Of a stretch of 36,492 bases of DNA, positions 36,286 through 36,492 are shown piece by piece (positions within the stretch are counted from its first letter, which is position 1; each line of letters opens with the position of its first letter). The stretch comes from an uncultured archaeon (lineage in GTDB: Archaea > Asgardarchaeota > Lokiarchaeia > Sigyniarchaeales > SOKP01). The position numbers and the translations under genes were made by a program. The stretch covers positions 1 to 36,492 of the forward strand of contig CAZDTP010000041.1 of NCBI GenBank assembly GCA_964508365.1, read 5' to 3'. The notes beneath the pieces were generated by a model. That model had not been told where the DNA came from. It did not search any database and saw only the letters and a program-made list of their open reading frames with translations.

Positions 36286-36492
36286 TTATTCTTTCTTCTG
36301 AATTATTCGCTCTCCAAGCTTATAGAAGTTATAATCGCCACCTGTGACCCAAAGAATTGGATGTATTTTCCTCCAGTCAAGTTTGCCCTCAGTTAGGTAT
36401 TGTGAGTCTGCATACGATTTTACAACCCGACCTATTATTCCTTCGTTAGGATTGTAATCAAGGATTTCGGCTACTTCACACTCAATATTGAT
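36286..36492 (-). CDS. C-terminal part of a flavin reductase-like (flavoredoxin) protein, 5' end outside the window
   Basis: Open frame INIECEVAEIL...IIGRVVKSYADSQYLTEGKLDWRKIHPILW...YKLGERI followed by a stop. Confidence 0.65.
   Translation of the reverse strand: MNIECEVAEILDYNPNEGIIGRVVKSYADSQYLTEGKLDWRKIHPILWVTGGDYNFYKLGERIIQKKE

Noticed and set aside
1-36492. tRNA, rRNA, CRISPR arrays, integrases, transposases
   Set aside because: No GC-rich structured RNA segments, repeat-spacer arrays or recombinase/transposase motifs were seen by eye.

Overview
AT-rich (roughly 30% GC by eye) archaeal chromosomal segment, most likely from an Asgard archaeon of the Lokiarchaeia type. This assignment is inferred from a gelsolin-domain gene, archaeal IorAB and ADP-forming acyl-CoA synthetase genes, TATA/BRE promoters and oligo-T terminators. 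The left ~15 kb is metabolic: lpdA, a crotonase/acyl-CoA dehydrogenase/EtfB/ferredoxin-fused EtfA cluster, iorB-iorA-acdA plus an ACT protein, TauE, a second crotonase and a UbiA-like gene. The middle holds a 1010-aa membrane-anchored surface glycoprotein and a MoxR AAA+/VWA/SWIM three-gene operon with several non-canonical features. The right part holds hydrolases, an MFS transporter, a toxin-first PIN module with an unannotated 54-aa partner, a gelsolin-domain protein with two C-terminal HeH/Rho-N-like repeats, and a SET-domain gene. The best candidate for an undescribed system is at 30938-34348. There a 988-aa tandem-wHTH + TPR regulator is transcribed divergently, across a palindrome-rich promoter, from two paralogous 23/24-aa micro-ORFs that sit in a tandem unit with 200-bp periodicity. 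This layout is analogous to bacterial RRNPP regulator-peptide signalling. No rRNA, tRNA, CRISPR array or intact mobile element was seen. All assignments are by manual motif recognition; no database searches were run.
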